Source: Anaerolineae bacterium (GTDB lineage: Bacteria; Chloroflexota; Anaerolineae; UBA1429). From it: a stretch of 64,000 bases of DNA. The notes under the pieces were generated by a model. It did not search any database. It saw only the letters and a program-made list of their open reading frames with translations, and was not told where the DNA came from. The stretch spans positions 576,001 to 640,000 of the forward strand of contig OY776562.1 in NCBI GenBank assembly GCA_963675785.1, written 5' to 3'. Position numbers and translations under genes: made by a program. Position 1 is the first letter of the stretch; each line of letters begins with the position of its first letter. Shown here piece by piece: positions 28,930-38,279 of the stretch.

Positions 28930-29678
28930 ACGCTTCCCGATCCAGATGAATGATTGTTGGTCTGTGCCTCCAGATGATCGATGGCGTCTCTGGCTGCATC
29001 TTGTTCAGCATCCTGTTTTGTGCTGCCTTGCCCTTGACCAAGAACCTGATCATTGACAATAACTTGGGCGGTAAAAACGCGATCATGGTCTGGGCCAATC
29101 GAGCCAACGATATCATAAGCTGGTGTCACGTGTCGTGTGGCTTGAATAACTTCCTGAAGCTGGCTCTTATGGTCCTTGGTATTCATGTGTTTGTCAACAT
29201 CCGGGGCATGTGCGGCCAAAAAGCCCCCCACCCATTTTCGGCAGTATTCAAGGCCTCGATCGAGATAGACTGCACCAACCACAGCCTCAAAAGCAGCACA
29301 AAGGTTGGCGCGGCGAGAGCGGCCGCCCCCAGCTTCTTCCCCACGGCCCAACAAAAGAAATGTCCCCAGGTCGATTTCTCTTGCAAAAGAGGCCAGTGTT
29401 TGGTTGCGTACGAGCATGGCGCGCAACCGCGTAAGCTGCCCCTCACGAGCATTTGGATAGCGATGATATAGCCACTCGCCAACCAACAGGTCTAGCACAG
29501 CATCCCCCAGGAATTCGAGGCGCTGGTTATCGGGCAAATCACTATTACGGTGTTCGTTAACGTATGAGCGATGTGTGAGGGCTTCTTCGAGGAGGGCGGT
29601 CTCTTGAAACGAGAGCCCGGCTTTCTCCAAAAAACCCTCAATGTCGCACTCTTGGCAATCATTGAGTGACATATTCAT
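28920..29678 (-). CDS. rnc: Ribonuclease III
   Basis: ALTHRSY, NQRLEFLGDAVL, C-terminal dsRBD. Confidence 0.97.
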   Translation of the reverse strand: MNMSLNDCQECDIEGFLEKAGLSFQETALLEEALTHRSYVNEHRNSDLPDNQRLEFLGDAVLDLLVGEWLYHRYPNAREGQLTRLRAMLVRNQTLASFAREIDLGTFLLLGRGEEAGGGRSRRANLCAAFEAVVGAVYLDRGLEYCRKWVGGFLAAHAPDVDKHMNTKDHKSQLQEVIQATRHVTPAYDIVGSIGPDHDRVFTAQVIVNDQVLGQGQGSTKQDAEQDAARDAIDHLEAQTNNHSSGSGSVCG

Positions 29679-29690
29679 CTCCTTGTGATT

Positions 29691-30641
29691 CTAGCTCTTT
29701 CTAGCAAGTGCAATTGCACCCCAAAGCCCCACATCGACTCCCAGTTTTGCGGGAACGATATGTGCATGCTGCATGGCGGGAAGTGCGGTCTCTTCAAAAC
29801 CAACCTGAATTGCATCAAATAGAGGTTGCCCCATGTATGATACACCACCACCAATAACAAAAAGTTCCGTATCCAGGATATTTGCCAGGTTCCCCAAACC
29901 GATGCCAATGTAGCGCCCTGTCGTATACACGATTTCGAGAGCGAGAGGATCATTTTGATGAGCAGCTTGAGATACTGTGACGCTGGTAATGCCCTCTGGG
30001 TCGTTGCCTGCCATACTGAGAATCAGAGAATCCGGATGGTTGCGCACGGCTTGTCGCGCACGACGTGCAATAGCCGGACCTGCGGCGAGTGACTCAAGGC
30101 AGCCGTGGTTACCGCACCCGCAAAGGGGTCCATCAACCAGAATAGTATGGTGGCCAATTTCGCCAGCAAACCCCCGTGAGCCAAGGAGCAGCTCCCCATT
30201 GATGATGATACCGCCGCCAATACCTGTGCTCACAGTCATGTAAACCAAGTTTTGGCACCCCTTGCCAGCACCGTACATTTGCTCTCCCAGTGCAGCCAGG
30301 TTGGCATCGTTCCCCAAAAAGGCCTCGACGCCTGTTGCCTCATTGATGATATCTCGTAGAGGGACGTCATCCCACCCAGGCAGGTTGGGCGCCTGTGTAA
30401 CTATTCCCTTGAAGGGATCAAGCGGCCCCGGCGCGCCAATGCCTATGCTCTTGATACGCTGCCAACCCACGGTTCTTACGGTTTCATTCATTGTGGTTTG
30501 GACGCGCTCTATGACCTGCTTTGGACCTTGTTCAGCAAGTGTGAGTGTGGCTGAACGTTCGATGATGTTATTGTCCGCATCGCAGATCATGGCGCGAATT
30601 TGCGTACCACCCAGATCAACGCCAAGGGTTATATCTTTCAT
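29691..30641 (-). CDS. ROK-family glucokinase
   Basis: GVDLGGT, NDANLAALGE, GEIGH, CGCGNHGCLE. Confidence 0.9.
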   Translation of the reverse strand: MKDITLGVDLGGTQIRAMICDADNNIIERSATLTLAEQGPKQVIERVQTTMNETVRTVGWQRIKSIGIGAPGPLDPFKGIVTQAPNLPGWDDVPLRDIINEATGVEAFLGNDANLAALGEQMYGAGKGCQNLVYMTVSTGIGGGIIINGELLLGSRGFAGEIGHHTILVDGPLCGCGNHGCLESLAAGPAIARRARQAVRNHPDSLILSMAGNDPEGITSVTVSQAAHQNDPLALEIVYTTGRYIGIGLGNLANILDTELFVIGGGVSYMGQPLFDAIQVGFEETALPAMQHAHIVPAKLGVDVGLWGAIALARKS

Positions 30642-30755
30642 GCAGCATGCTCCGGCAGGGGTATCGTATTGCTGGCTGATTGGAGAACAAATAGAACTTG
30701 AGTATAGCACAGGCATTCCTAACCGGCCAATGCATTTGAAGCGATCGGCATGATT

Positions 30756-32426
30756 CTAAAGATCCAGCTCTTTATCCATGCTGCTAGAGGAGAACAAAGG
30801 CTGCACAAGGGGCAACGTGATGGTGAACGTTGCTCCTTGCCCGGGGCCGCTGTGCGCAGTGATGCTGCCGTGATGGGTCTCGACGATCTTGCGGCATATG
30901 GCTAATCCCATGCCATGGCCCTCATATTCAGACTGCCCGTGAAGCCGCTGGAATAATCCAAACATTTGCAGTGCATACGTGTTATCAAATCCAATGCCAT
31001 TATCTTGAATGGTGATGATAGTTTCTGTATCAGTAGTTATCGCACGTATGCTGATTTCTGGGGAAATATCTTGTTTTGCAAATTTGATAGAGTTATTGAG
31101 GAGGTTAGCGAAAAGCTGGCTTAACAATCCTCTATCGCCCTCTATTGCGGGCAAAGGAGCACTGATGATGGTCGCCCCCGATTCTTCGATCAATAACTCA
31201 AGATCGTTTAGTGCATCTGCCAGAGCGAGATCAAGTTCCGTTATGGCATAAAGATTCTCGTCAGGGGTGATGCTGGCATAGGAAAGTAAGGTTTGCAGCA
31301 TAACCTGCATCCGCTTGGCGGAGTCTAGTGCACGCTCCAGGTAATCACGGCTCTGCTCATCAAGAACGTCTGATTGGGTTTGCTGGATGCGGCTACAAAA
31401 AGCTATGATTTTGCGCAAAGGTGCCTGTAGATCATGCGATGCAGCATACGAAAAGATACTCAATTCTCGATTACTTCTTTCCAAATCCTGTGCATAGATT
31501 TGAAGAGAAGCCTGGATCTGTCTTTTTTCTTCCAGTTCCAGTTCCAGTTCATCTGTTCTTTGTTGAACACGTCTTCTCAGGCTGTAATTGGTCATGATTA
31601 CAAAGATCAACAAGAGACTGCTAGCTGCAAGACCATAGCCAACATATTTGACCCATTCAGCGCTGTACCATGGTTCGAACTCGGCAAACCATTTGTTATA
31701 GATGAGGTCATACTCGCCAGACTCTCGTACTATAGCCAGCCCCTCATTTAAATGGGCTAGCAGCTCTTGGCTGCCTTCTTTTGCCGCAAAACAGTACTGG
31801 CTTATTACAATCGGTTCATCAAGGCTTTTAAGGTTATGAATGCTCAGTTGATTGATAAGGTACAATCCCTGATATTTGGACAAGACGGCGCAATCGTACT
31901 GACCGGATGCCAGTAGGGTAAGTGCTTCAGTAGTGTTGGCCACAGGAATAATCGTTCGAGATATCCCTTGTTCCAAGAGCCACTCGTGCAGCAGATCTCC
32001 CCTCTCTACGAGGATCTCTTTGTCTTGAATCTGGTCAATCTCTGTGATGTCAGAATCCTCACGAACAAACACTGCGTTGGTTACTGCCAAATAGGGAGTG
32101 CTAAAGTCTATGAATATGTCCCGTTGTTCGCTTTGGAACATGCCCGCGAGTATATCGATTTCTCCATTTGCGAGCATTTCCCGTACATCGGTCCACGGGG
32201 CCGCGACGAATTCTACTTTATAGCCGATCTCTGTTGCTACAGCATTGACGAGATCGACATTAAAGCCAGTCGGGGTTCCATTTTCAGTAAATTCATAAGG
32301 AGGATAATTCTCATCGATGCCTACAACGAGAACTGGTGTGGGGGGTTGGGCAAGTAGAAAAGGCGTGGCAATGAGGGATAAGGATATGATCAGTGCGCAA
32401 GCAATGAGGTGCTTAACCTTGTTCAT
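30756..32426 (-). CDS. Sensor histidine kinase with extracellular SBP family 3 domain
   Basis: N-terminal TM, YPPYEF..GFNVDL binding domain, TM, H-box SHDLQAPLR, N/G boxes. Confidence 0.9.
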   Translation of the reverse strand: MNKVKHLIACALIISLSLIATPFLLAQPPTPVLVVGIDENYPPYEFTENGTPTGFNVDLVNAVATEIGYKVEFVAAPWTDVREMLANGEIDILAGMFQSEQRDIFIDFSTPYLAVTNAVFVREDSDITEIDQIQDKEILVERGDLLHEWLLEQGISRTIIPVANTTEALTLLASGQYDCAVLSKYQGLYLINQLSIHNLKSLDEPIVISQYCFAAKEGSQELLAHLNEGLAIVRESGEYDLIYNKWFAEFEPWYSAEWVKYVGYGLAASSLLLIFVIMTNYSLRRRVQQRTDELELELEEKRQIQASLQIYAQDLERSNRELSIFSYAASHDLQAPLRKIIAFCSRIQQTQSDVLDEQSRDYLERALDSAKRMQVMLQTLLSYASITPDENLYAITELDLALADALNDLELLIEESGATIISAPLPAIEGDRGLLSQLFANLLNNSIKFAKQDISPEISIRAITTDTETIITIQDNGIGFDNTYALQMFGLFQRLHGQSEYEGHGMGLAICRKIVETHHGSITAHSGPGQGATFTITLPLVQPLFSSSSMDKELDL

Positions 32427-33951
32427 CCCACTCTCCAACGGCTGGGAGATAAAGCGTTATGGTTGTTCCCTGCCCGGCCTGCGAATGTACCGCGATATTG
32501 CCGTGACACTGTCTGATCGCGCCATAGGCAACAGCAAGCGTGAGCCCTGTTCCACGTGTTCGGGTTTTTTGTGTAAAAAAGGGTTCGAACACGCGTGATA
32601 GCGTTTCATGGTCCATGCCGATGCCGTTATCTGTAATGGCGAGCGCGACATAACGTCCAGGATTTAGATGCAACTCATCAGGCTCTTGTGACTGCGTATG
32701 CAGCCAGGTATGGATATCGATAAAGCCGTCCCCGATGCATTTGGCTTGAATCGCTTCTATACTATTGGTAATAATGCCCGCCAGGATGCGGCGCATCATC
32801 GATTCTCCCGCACAGGAACAAGGAGGCGTATCAGACAGGCTTGTTCTTATGGCAATGTTATCTTCCATGCCGATCTGGATAGAGCCGATCGCCTCGGCGA
32901 CGACCTTGCCGATGTCGATGGCTGTTGTGTCTGTCATGGCATGTTGAGAAAAAGAAAGCAATTTAGATATGAGTGCTGCGCCTTCTTGCCCTGCCTGTAG
33001 TATTTCTTGTACATCCCCGTAGAGTGGGTTTTGGGGGGCAAGAGAATCCATGACAATGGCCGCATAGCCGTTAATGACAGTGAGAAGGTTATTGAAATCA
33101 TGCGCCAACCCTCCCGCCATACGCCCCAGGGCTTCGAACCGCCTCGCCTGCTCCAACTCTCTTTCCAGACGTCTTTTTTCTGCCTCATTTTGACGTTCCA
33201 GGGTGACATCATGGCCTGTACATAGCAAACTAACAGTGTGCCCGGCAGTATCTCGCTCTGGAACAATGCGCCAATGGATGATTCTGGAATCATCGGCACC
33301 CCTAACGACTAGCACACCATCTGTAGGCAAGTCTGTAGTAAGCGCCTCTTTGACAAGTTCAACCCATTCCCGATTGATCAATGAGTTAGGAGGGAAATCC
33401 TCTAGTGATGTGCCTCTATACTGGATGTTATCCAGATGGGTGTACGTTTCCATAGCGGCGTTCATGTAAGAAAGACATAGCTGCTTGTCCACCCGTGCGA
33501 TCAGATTCATCGAGTTTTCTGCCAACGTTCTAAAGTTTTCAATAACGATGGCAAGTTCACGTTCAGCGGCTTTGTGCTTGATGGCATACCGGATGCTGCG
33601 TTCCAAGAGGGGGCCGGTTGCTTGAGCTTTTTCGAGGTAATCATCGGCGCCGGCTTGCATTGCTTCTTGATCAGTATCAGCATTGCCGACACCCGTCATC
33701 AAAATAAAAGGAATGTCGATTTGTTGAGACCTAGCTGCTCGGATTAGCTCGGTGCCGTTTCGGACGCCCAAACGATAATCCACAACACAGGCATCATAAT
33801 CGTTTTGGGACAACGACGCCAAGGCTGAGTCGAGCGTTGACATCCAGTCGAGTTTGATAGCGCCATGGACAGTGCTTGCGAGGCTGTCTCGAGCTAGCAC
33901 ATAATCATCCTCGTCATCATCGACCAGCAGAACCCGTGTCGGTTGGGGCAT
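32413..33951 (-). CDS. Hybrid REC-PAS-histidine kinase
   Basis: LLVDDD..VVDY REC domain, PAS/PAC, AHDFNN H-box, DNGIGM, FEPFFT. Confidence 0.9.
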   Translation of the reverse strand: MPQPTRVLLVDDDEDDYVLARDSLASTVHGAIKLDWMSTLDSALASLSQNDYDACVVDYRLGVRNGTELIRAARSQQIDIPFILMTGVGNADTDQEAMQAGADDYLEKAQATGPLLERSIRYAIKHKAAERELAIVIENFRTLAENSMNLIARVDKQLCLSYMNAAMETYTHLDNIQYRGTSLEDFPPNSLINREWVELVKEALTTDLPTDGVLVVRGADDSRIIHWRIVPERDTAGHTVSLLCTGHDVTLERQNEAEKRRLERELEQARRFEALGRMAGGLAHDFNNLLTVINGYAAIVMDSLAPQNPLYGDVQEILQAGQEGAALISKLLSFSQHAMTDTTAIDIGKVVAEAIGSIQIGMEDNIAIRTSLSDTPPCSCAGESMMRRILAGIITNSIEAIQAKCIGDGFIDIHTWLHTQSQEPDELHLNPGRYVALAITDNGIGMDHETLSRVFEPFFTQKTRTRGTGLTLAVAYGAIRQCHGNIAVHSQAGQGTTITLYLPAVGEWDEQG

Positions 33952-34071
33952 GCTCTAGTCCTTTTCGGCAAAAGATACCTTATTCTACATGATGCTGTGA
34001 TTCGATTTCAACTGTTTACTGATTATCGCCATCAATTCTTTTGCGTTTTGATTGATTGCCCTTTATGGCGA

Positions 34072-34632
34072 CTATTGTAACTGCCAGATGTCAGGCAGCC
34101 AGGGATGCTCTCGTAAAAATGCCTCGATTGAAAGGGCCTGTGTTTCCAGTGGATTGTCTGAGTAAGGATCTTGATGTTTCAATCGGGCTTTGAACCTTTC
34201 CAACACGTATCGAGGCAAAAAGACCCAGCCCATCGCTCTATATTGCAACACGTGGATGTATTCATGATTCAGCAGAAAGCGCTGTTTTTGCGGGGCGTAT
34301 TCGTCCAGCAGATGGACGCACTCTCCTAGGGTTGTAGCTATATTGCCCGGGATGGGAAGCCCATGACTAACGATGATCATTTTGTCAGGGCCGAGATGGT
34401 GTTCGCTTCCGCGCCCTCCAAGTCGTGACAGGGTCTCTAGCCCTTTGCCCAGGGTTGTGTATGCGCGGGCACCCAAGCAGGGTGGGGCTTTGATCTGCTG
34501 AATGAGCTTGGCAGTTATCATGGTGGTAAGCTCATCCAACGGACTGGGCTTACCACCATTTGCTGATACACGGCTTGGTTCCTCTTGATCTACCCTATTG
34601 AGAGTGGGTTCGCTAGGGTGTTGCTCTATCAT
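34072..34632 (-). CDS. Zincin-like metallopeptidase (DUF4157-like)
   Basis: ATTLG, HEYIHVLQY, NPLETQA. Confidence 0.6.
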   Translation of the reverse strand: MIEQHPSEPTLNRVDQEEPSRVSANGGKPSPLDELTTMITAKLIQQIKAPPCLGARAYTTLGKGLETLSRLGGRGSEHHLGPDKMIIVSHGLPIPGNIATTLGECVHLLDEYAPQKQRFLLNHEYIHVLQYRAMGWVFLPRYVLERFKARLKHQDPYSDNPLETQALSIEAFLREHPWLPDIWQLQ

Positions 34633-35456
34633 GAGGCGAGGATTTTTAGCAAATAATCTCTGGCCAGTTCAATGTCGCGAATCTGCTGCTCACCGCTGAT
34701 TTCTCGCTCAATGATCCAAGGGCCGTCATACCCGTTGGCTCGCAGAACATCTATCAGCATTGGCATGTCGACACTGCCCTGTCCTACAGGGGTTTCTTGC
34801 CCCAAATTTTTCCAATCTGTAGGGTAGTGTCCATCTTTGATATGGACACCGCGCACCAGGCTGCCGTAAAGGCGCGCTGCATCAATCGGGTTGGCCTTGC
34901 CATAGAGAAGCAGATTGGCAGGATCAAGGTTGATCCCCAGGTTATCCGTGCCGATGTCGGCGATGGTACGCATCAATGTAACCGGTGTTTCCTGACCTGT
35001 TTCAAAATTAAACCAAAGGCCGAGTTTAGCACAATACTGGGCAAGATCTCGCAAGGCAGCGATTAGATCGATATATTCCCGTGTACCGGGGTTCTCGGGG
35101 ATAAAGCCCACATGTGTGGTAATATCCGTAATGCCTAGGCCTGCGGCAAAACGCGCTGCGTTCTTGAGCGCCTCAATGCGTACGGCGCGGTAGGCCTCGG
35201 GTACTAGACCAAGCGTGCCTGGCCCAGAGATAAAATCCCATACCTTTGGGCCGGGCCATCCTGCCCAAAGGCAGTTGACGATGAGGCCTTGGGCAAGAAT
35301 CTCTTTGAGGGCGGCAGCGTTTTCTGGCGTGTAGAGTGTCTCATCCCAGCAGTTGATCTGACAGGCATCGAGCCCCAGGGCATTGAGAGGGGCGATCCCG
35401 TCTTTAATGAGGGCTGTGAGTGGGATGATGACACCAATATGCTGCCTTTTGGCCAC
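34629..35456 (-). CDS. Sugar phosphate isomerase/epimerase (xylose-isomerase-like TIM barrel)
   Basis: FETGQE, NLDPAN, HIKDG, IEREI. Confidence 0.85.
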   Translation of the reverse strand: MAKRQHIGVIIPLTALIKDGIAPLNALGLDACQINCWDETLYTPENAAALKEILAQGLIVNCLWAGWPGPKVWDFISGPGTLGLVPEAYRAVRIEALKNAARFAAGLGITDITTHVGFIPENPGTREYIDLIAALRDLAQYCAKLGLWFNFETGQETPVTLMRTIADIGTDNLGINLDPANLLLYGKANPIDAARLYGSLVRGVHIKDGHYPTDWKNLGQETPVGQGSVDMPMLIDVLRANGYDGPWIIEREISGEQQIRDIELARDYLLKILAS

Positions 35457-35478
35457 GAGATTGCCTCCTATTTAAAGG

Positions 35479-36690
35479 TCAGATTTCTACAAGACAAACT
35501 TCCGATCTCTGATCGACAGCGCGTGTGAAGCTGATCAAGCGCCCGGTGGGATCTGTCAACGGATGAGGATGCGAGTACTGCCCGGGCAGTGTTCCCCATT
35601 CTGTACCGTGTCTGCAAATAGGCTCAAGATGCGGTTCATTACTACCCGTATCATAGTACAGAAACTGCAACATGTCTTGCGAGAAATCTCCATCCAAAAC
35701 CAAAGCGGGGCGTTTGACATCTGGCGTGAGATGCCCATAGTTTTTGGCCAGCGGATAACTTTGCTCCCAGAGTGTTTTCCCAGTTATGTCGGTAATGCCG
35801 ATATAGGTGCCACCACTGGGCAGTGGGCCATGGTAGGCCATAGCTGGTTTATCCCACAACCACGCCTGATGGGTTTGGAAAGGGCCTGGGTATTTCTCTT
35901 TCAAGGGATGAGGACGACGGCTGTTGGTGTTGATCAGCCAAATACGGGGAGTCTGGTTGTCACTGCCGCCCCAATAACCCGGGGGCAAGTCTAGATCAAA
36001 GTAGAGAACATCACCATCCAAGGGGCAGAAGGAACAGTGTGCCGATTGAGCAGGCATCTGGTCGAACAATACTTGCATGGGGCCGCCCTCGATGGGAATG
36101 CGCACTATTTTGAGACGGTGTGAGCTGAAATCGCGATAGTCATGGGTTATTTCTCTGTGTGAAGCAAACTGAGGGTGAGCGGAACTCAGGGCGATGGCAA
36201 CCCAACGTTCATCCGGTGAGACACAGGGGGCGCCAAAGATCCATTCGTTTCCAACATCGTGGATGAGCGTGCGTTCTTGCCCAGTATAGATATTAGTTGC
36301 TATCAAGCTGCGTTCGCAGGTAAAGATGGCTAATCCTGAATGCGGCGCAACAGTCAAGCGATTTCCAGCCACACCCCGTCCATCAACAGATTTGCCCTCA
36401 ATGGTTCCTTTGAGCCCCATGCAACGGTGAATGTAGCTGCGATCGCCGATGCCGGGGGCACGCCAAATCGGTGTCAGTGCGCCGTCGTCTGTATCTGCAC
36501 GTATAACCCAGGTGGCCCCTTCGCGGATGGAGATGAGAACAAGATGCTCCCCATCAAAAGTAAAACCCGAGTTGGTGTGGTAGGTGGGGGTCTGGTTAAT
36601 GGCGCCCTTTGTGGTAAGGATGGTCACCTTTCGCCCAGTGAGAGCGTCTTTGTACTGGCTGGCTTCTCTAAAGGTCTCCCAGAGTTTCAT
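35479..36690 (-). CDS. Oligogalacturonate lyase-like beta-propeller
   Basis: YKDALTGRKVTILT, YHTNSGFTFDG, HQAW, HPHP..DPTG. Confidence 0.65.
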   Translation of the reverse strand: MKLWETFREASQYKDALTGRKVTILTTKGAINQTPTYHTNSGFTFDGEHLVLISIREGATWVIRADTDDGALTPIWRAPGIGDRSYIHRCMGLKGTIEGKSVDGRGVAGNRLTVAPHSGLAIFTCERSLIATNIYTGQERTLIHDVGNEWIFGAPCVSPDERWVAIALSSAHPQFASHREITHDYRDFSSHRLKIVRIPIEGGPMQVLFDQMPAQSAHCSFCPLDGDVLYFDLDLPPGYWGGSDNQTPRIWLINTNSRRPHPLKEKYPGPFQTHQAWLWDKPAMAYHGPLPSGGTYIGITDITGKTLWEQSYPLAKNYGHLTPDVKRPALVLDGDFSQDMLQFLYYDTGSNEPHLEPICRHGTEWGTLPGQYSHPHPLTDPTGRLISFTRAVDQRSEVCLVEI

Positions 36691-36844
36691 GTAGCATCCT
36701 ATCTGGCTGTGATAAATCACGTTGAAAGCTGAATCTGCTTCCAGAAGCAAACTCGGATTATCATACTTTATAAAGTATTTACGATATCATGCTAGTATAG
36801 GATGAAACAGACGTCAAGGAGTTACAAAAAACTTTATTTTGGCA

Positions 36845-36886
36845 AGTGGCCTACAGCAAGCCGTATAAGGTCTACTGTAGGCCACT
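36845..36886. terminator. Hairpin downstream of flavoprotein genes
   Basis: AGTGGCCTACAG...CTGTAGGCCACT. Confidence 0.5.
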
Positions 36887-36903
36887 CTATTCCAAAGCAG
36901 CAA

Positions 36904-37464
36904 CTAGTTACTATGGGGCAGAGTTGCCAGCCATTCTCCGGCTATCTTGAGCTGTTCACATTTGGCTGAGAGGTTTTGTCTTCTGATCGGCACAACGTCC
37001 ACTAGATCAAAACCAATGGTTCGGAGCACTTTTTCAAGATGCAGGCAGCATTCCACTGAGCCGCCGCCTCTCCCGCCTGCTACGGCGAGGGCCATGGCGG
37101 GTTTATTGACGATTCCACTGGGGTCGGTCATGTGCGTCACTACACGGCGCATGCGGTCTGTCAGCGCTCGCATGGATTCTGCCAAACTAGCATAGTAGAC
37201 GGGTGTGGAAAAAAGAACGGCGTCAGCGCCGCGGATGGCGTCCAGCACCGTGTTCAGATCGTCGGTATATCCTCCGCAAAAACCGCGCTGACAGCCTCCC
37301 CAACCTTCCATGTTGCACTGATTGCAGTGATTGATCTTCATGGTTGGTAGAAACATGCGTTCGGATTCGCCGTCGGCTATCTCAAAACCAGCAATGACGG
37401 CTTCAGCCGCTGTGGCGGTTTGTCCCTGAGGGTTCCTGCTTCCGGATATCGATAGAATACGCAT
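36904..37464 (-). CDS. Flavodoxin-like NAD(P)H-dependent FMN reductase / iron-sulfur flavoprotein
   Basis: SGSRNPQGQT, CNQC..C..C, STPVYY. Confidence 0.85.
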   Translation of the reverse strand: MRILSISGSRNPQGQTATAAEAVIAGFEIADGESERMFLPTMKINHCNQCNMEGWGGCQRGFCGGYTDDLNTVLDAIRGADAVLFSTPVYYASLAESMRALTDRMRRVVTHMTDPSGIVNKPAMALAVAGGRGGGSVECCLHLEKVLRTIGFDLVDVVPIRRQNLSAKCEQLKIAGEWLATLPHSN

Positions 37465-37467
37465 AGT

Positions 37468-38031
37468 CTATTCTTCTCCTAATAGGGTGCTGGCGAACCA
37501 TGCCCCCGCCTGAGTCAACGTGCTGATTTTGGCATCGAGATTCTGTTTGCGAATGGGCTGTAGATCAATGACATCAAAACCAGTACGTACGAGCATTTCT
37601 TCCAAAAGGCCACAGCAGGCAGCTGCGCCCTTGCCTCTACTCCCGGCAACGGCGATGACAGCGGCCCGCTTGCCAGCGATATCGACTTTGCCATTCTCAT
37701 TGGACGTGGTACGGCGCAGTCTCCGCGTAAAAGCCTGAATGCTCTCAGACACATCGCTATAGAATACGGGCGTGACAAAAACCACGGCATCCGCCTCGCG
37801 AATTTTTGTGATTACACTGTTTAGGTCGTCTTTGATGCAGCAAATACCCCGGCTCTTGCAGGTGCCCCAGTTATCGGCACCGCACTGGTTGCATACCCGA
37901 ATGTCCAGCTCTGGGAGGAATATAGTTTCTACCTCAGCTCCGGTGCTCATACATCCCGCAGCATAGGCATCAAGGGCGCGAGCAGTTTGGCCTTCTTTGC
38001 TTCGGGTTCCTGCAATCATCAGAGCTTTCAT
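37468..38031 (-). CDS. Flavodoxin-like iron-sulfur flavoprotein (tandem paralog)
   Basis: AGTRSKEGQT, CNQC..C..CC, VTPVFY; GAGGAG RBS. Confidence 0.85.
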   Translation of the reverse strand: MKALMIAGTRSKEGQTARALDAYAAGCMSTGAEVETIFLPELDIRVCNQCGADNWGTCKSRGICCIKDDLNSVITKIREADAVVFVTPVFYSDVSESIQAFTRRLRRTTSNENGKVDIAGKRAAVIAVAGSRGKGAAACCGLLEEMLVRTGFDVIDLQPIRKQNLDAKISTLTQAGAWFASTLLGEE

Positions 38032-38279
38032 GACACTCTCCTCTCGTACATAAAAATTCAGTGGGAACAATCCTTCTCCGCATTCGCGCTGCCAGGGCAA
38101 TATGCCAACAGTGTAAGGCAACGCCGATTTCGATACAAGCAATCTATCTCAAAGCATTACATTGCGTTAACCGGGAGAATGGTTTTTCTTAATATAGGGC
38201 ACGTATGCTAAAGGAGGTATCTGGTAAGTTATTTGTTTCTTGGGTGCCAGCATTTTACTCTTGTAGGAGGTAAGGTATC

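Noticed and set aside
38155-38210. TTAA repeats upstream of the GT4 gene as a third member of the 11-bp regulon
   Set aside because: Phase and distance to the -10 box do not match the other two promoters
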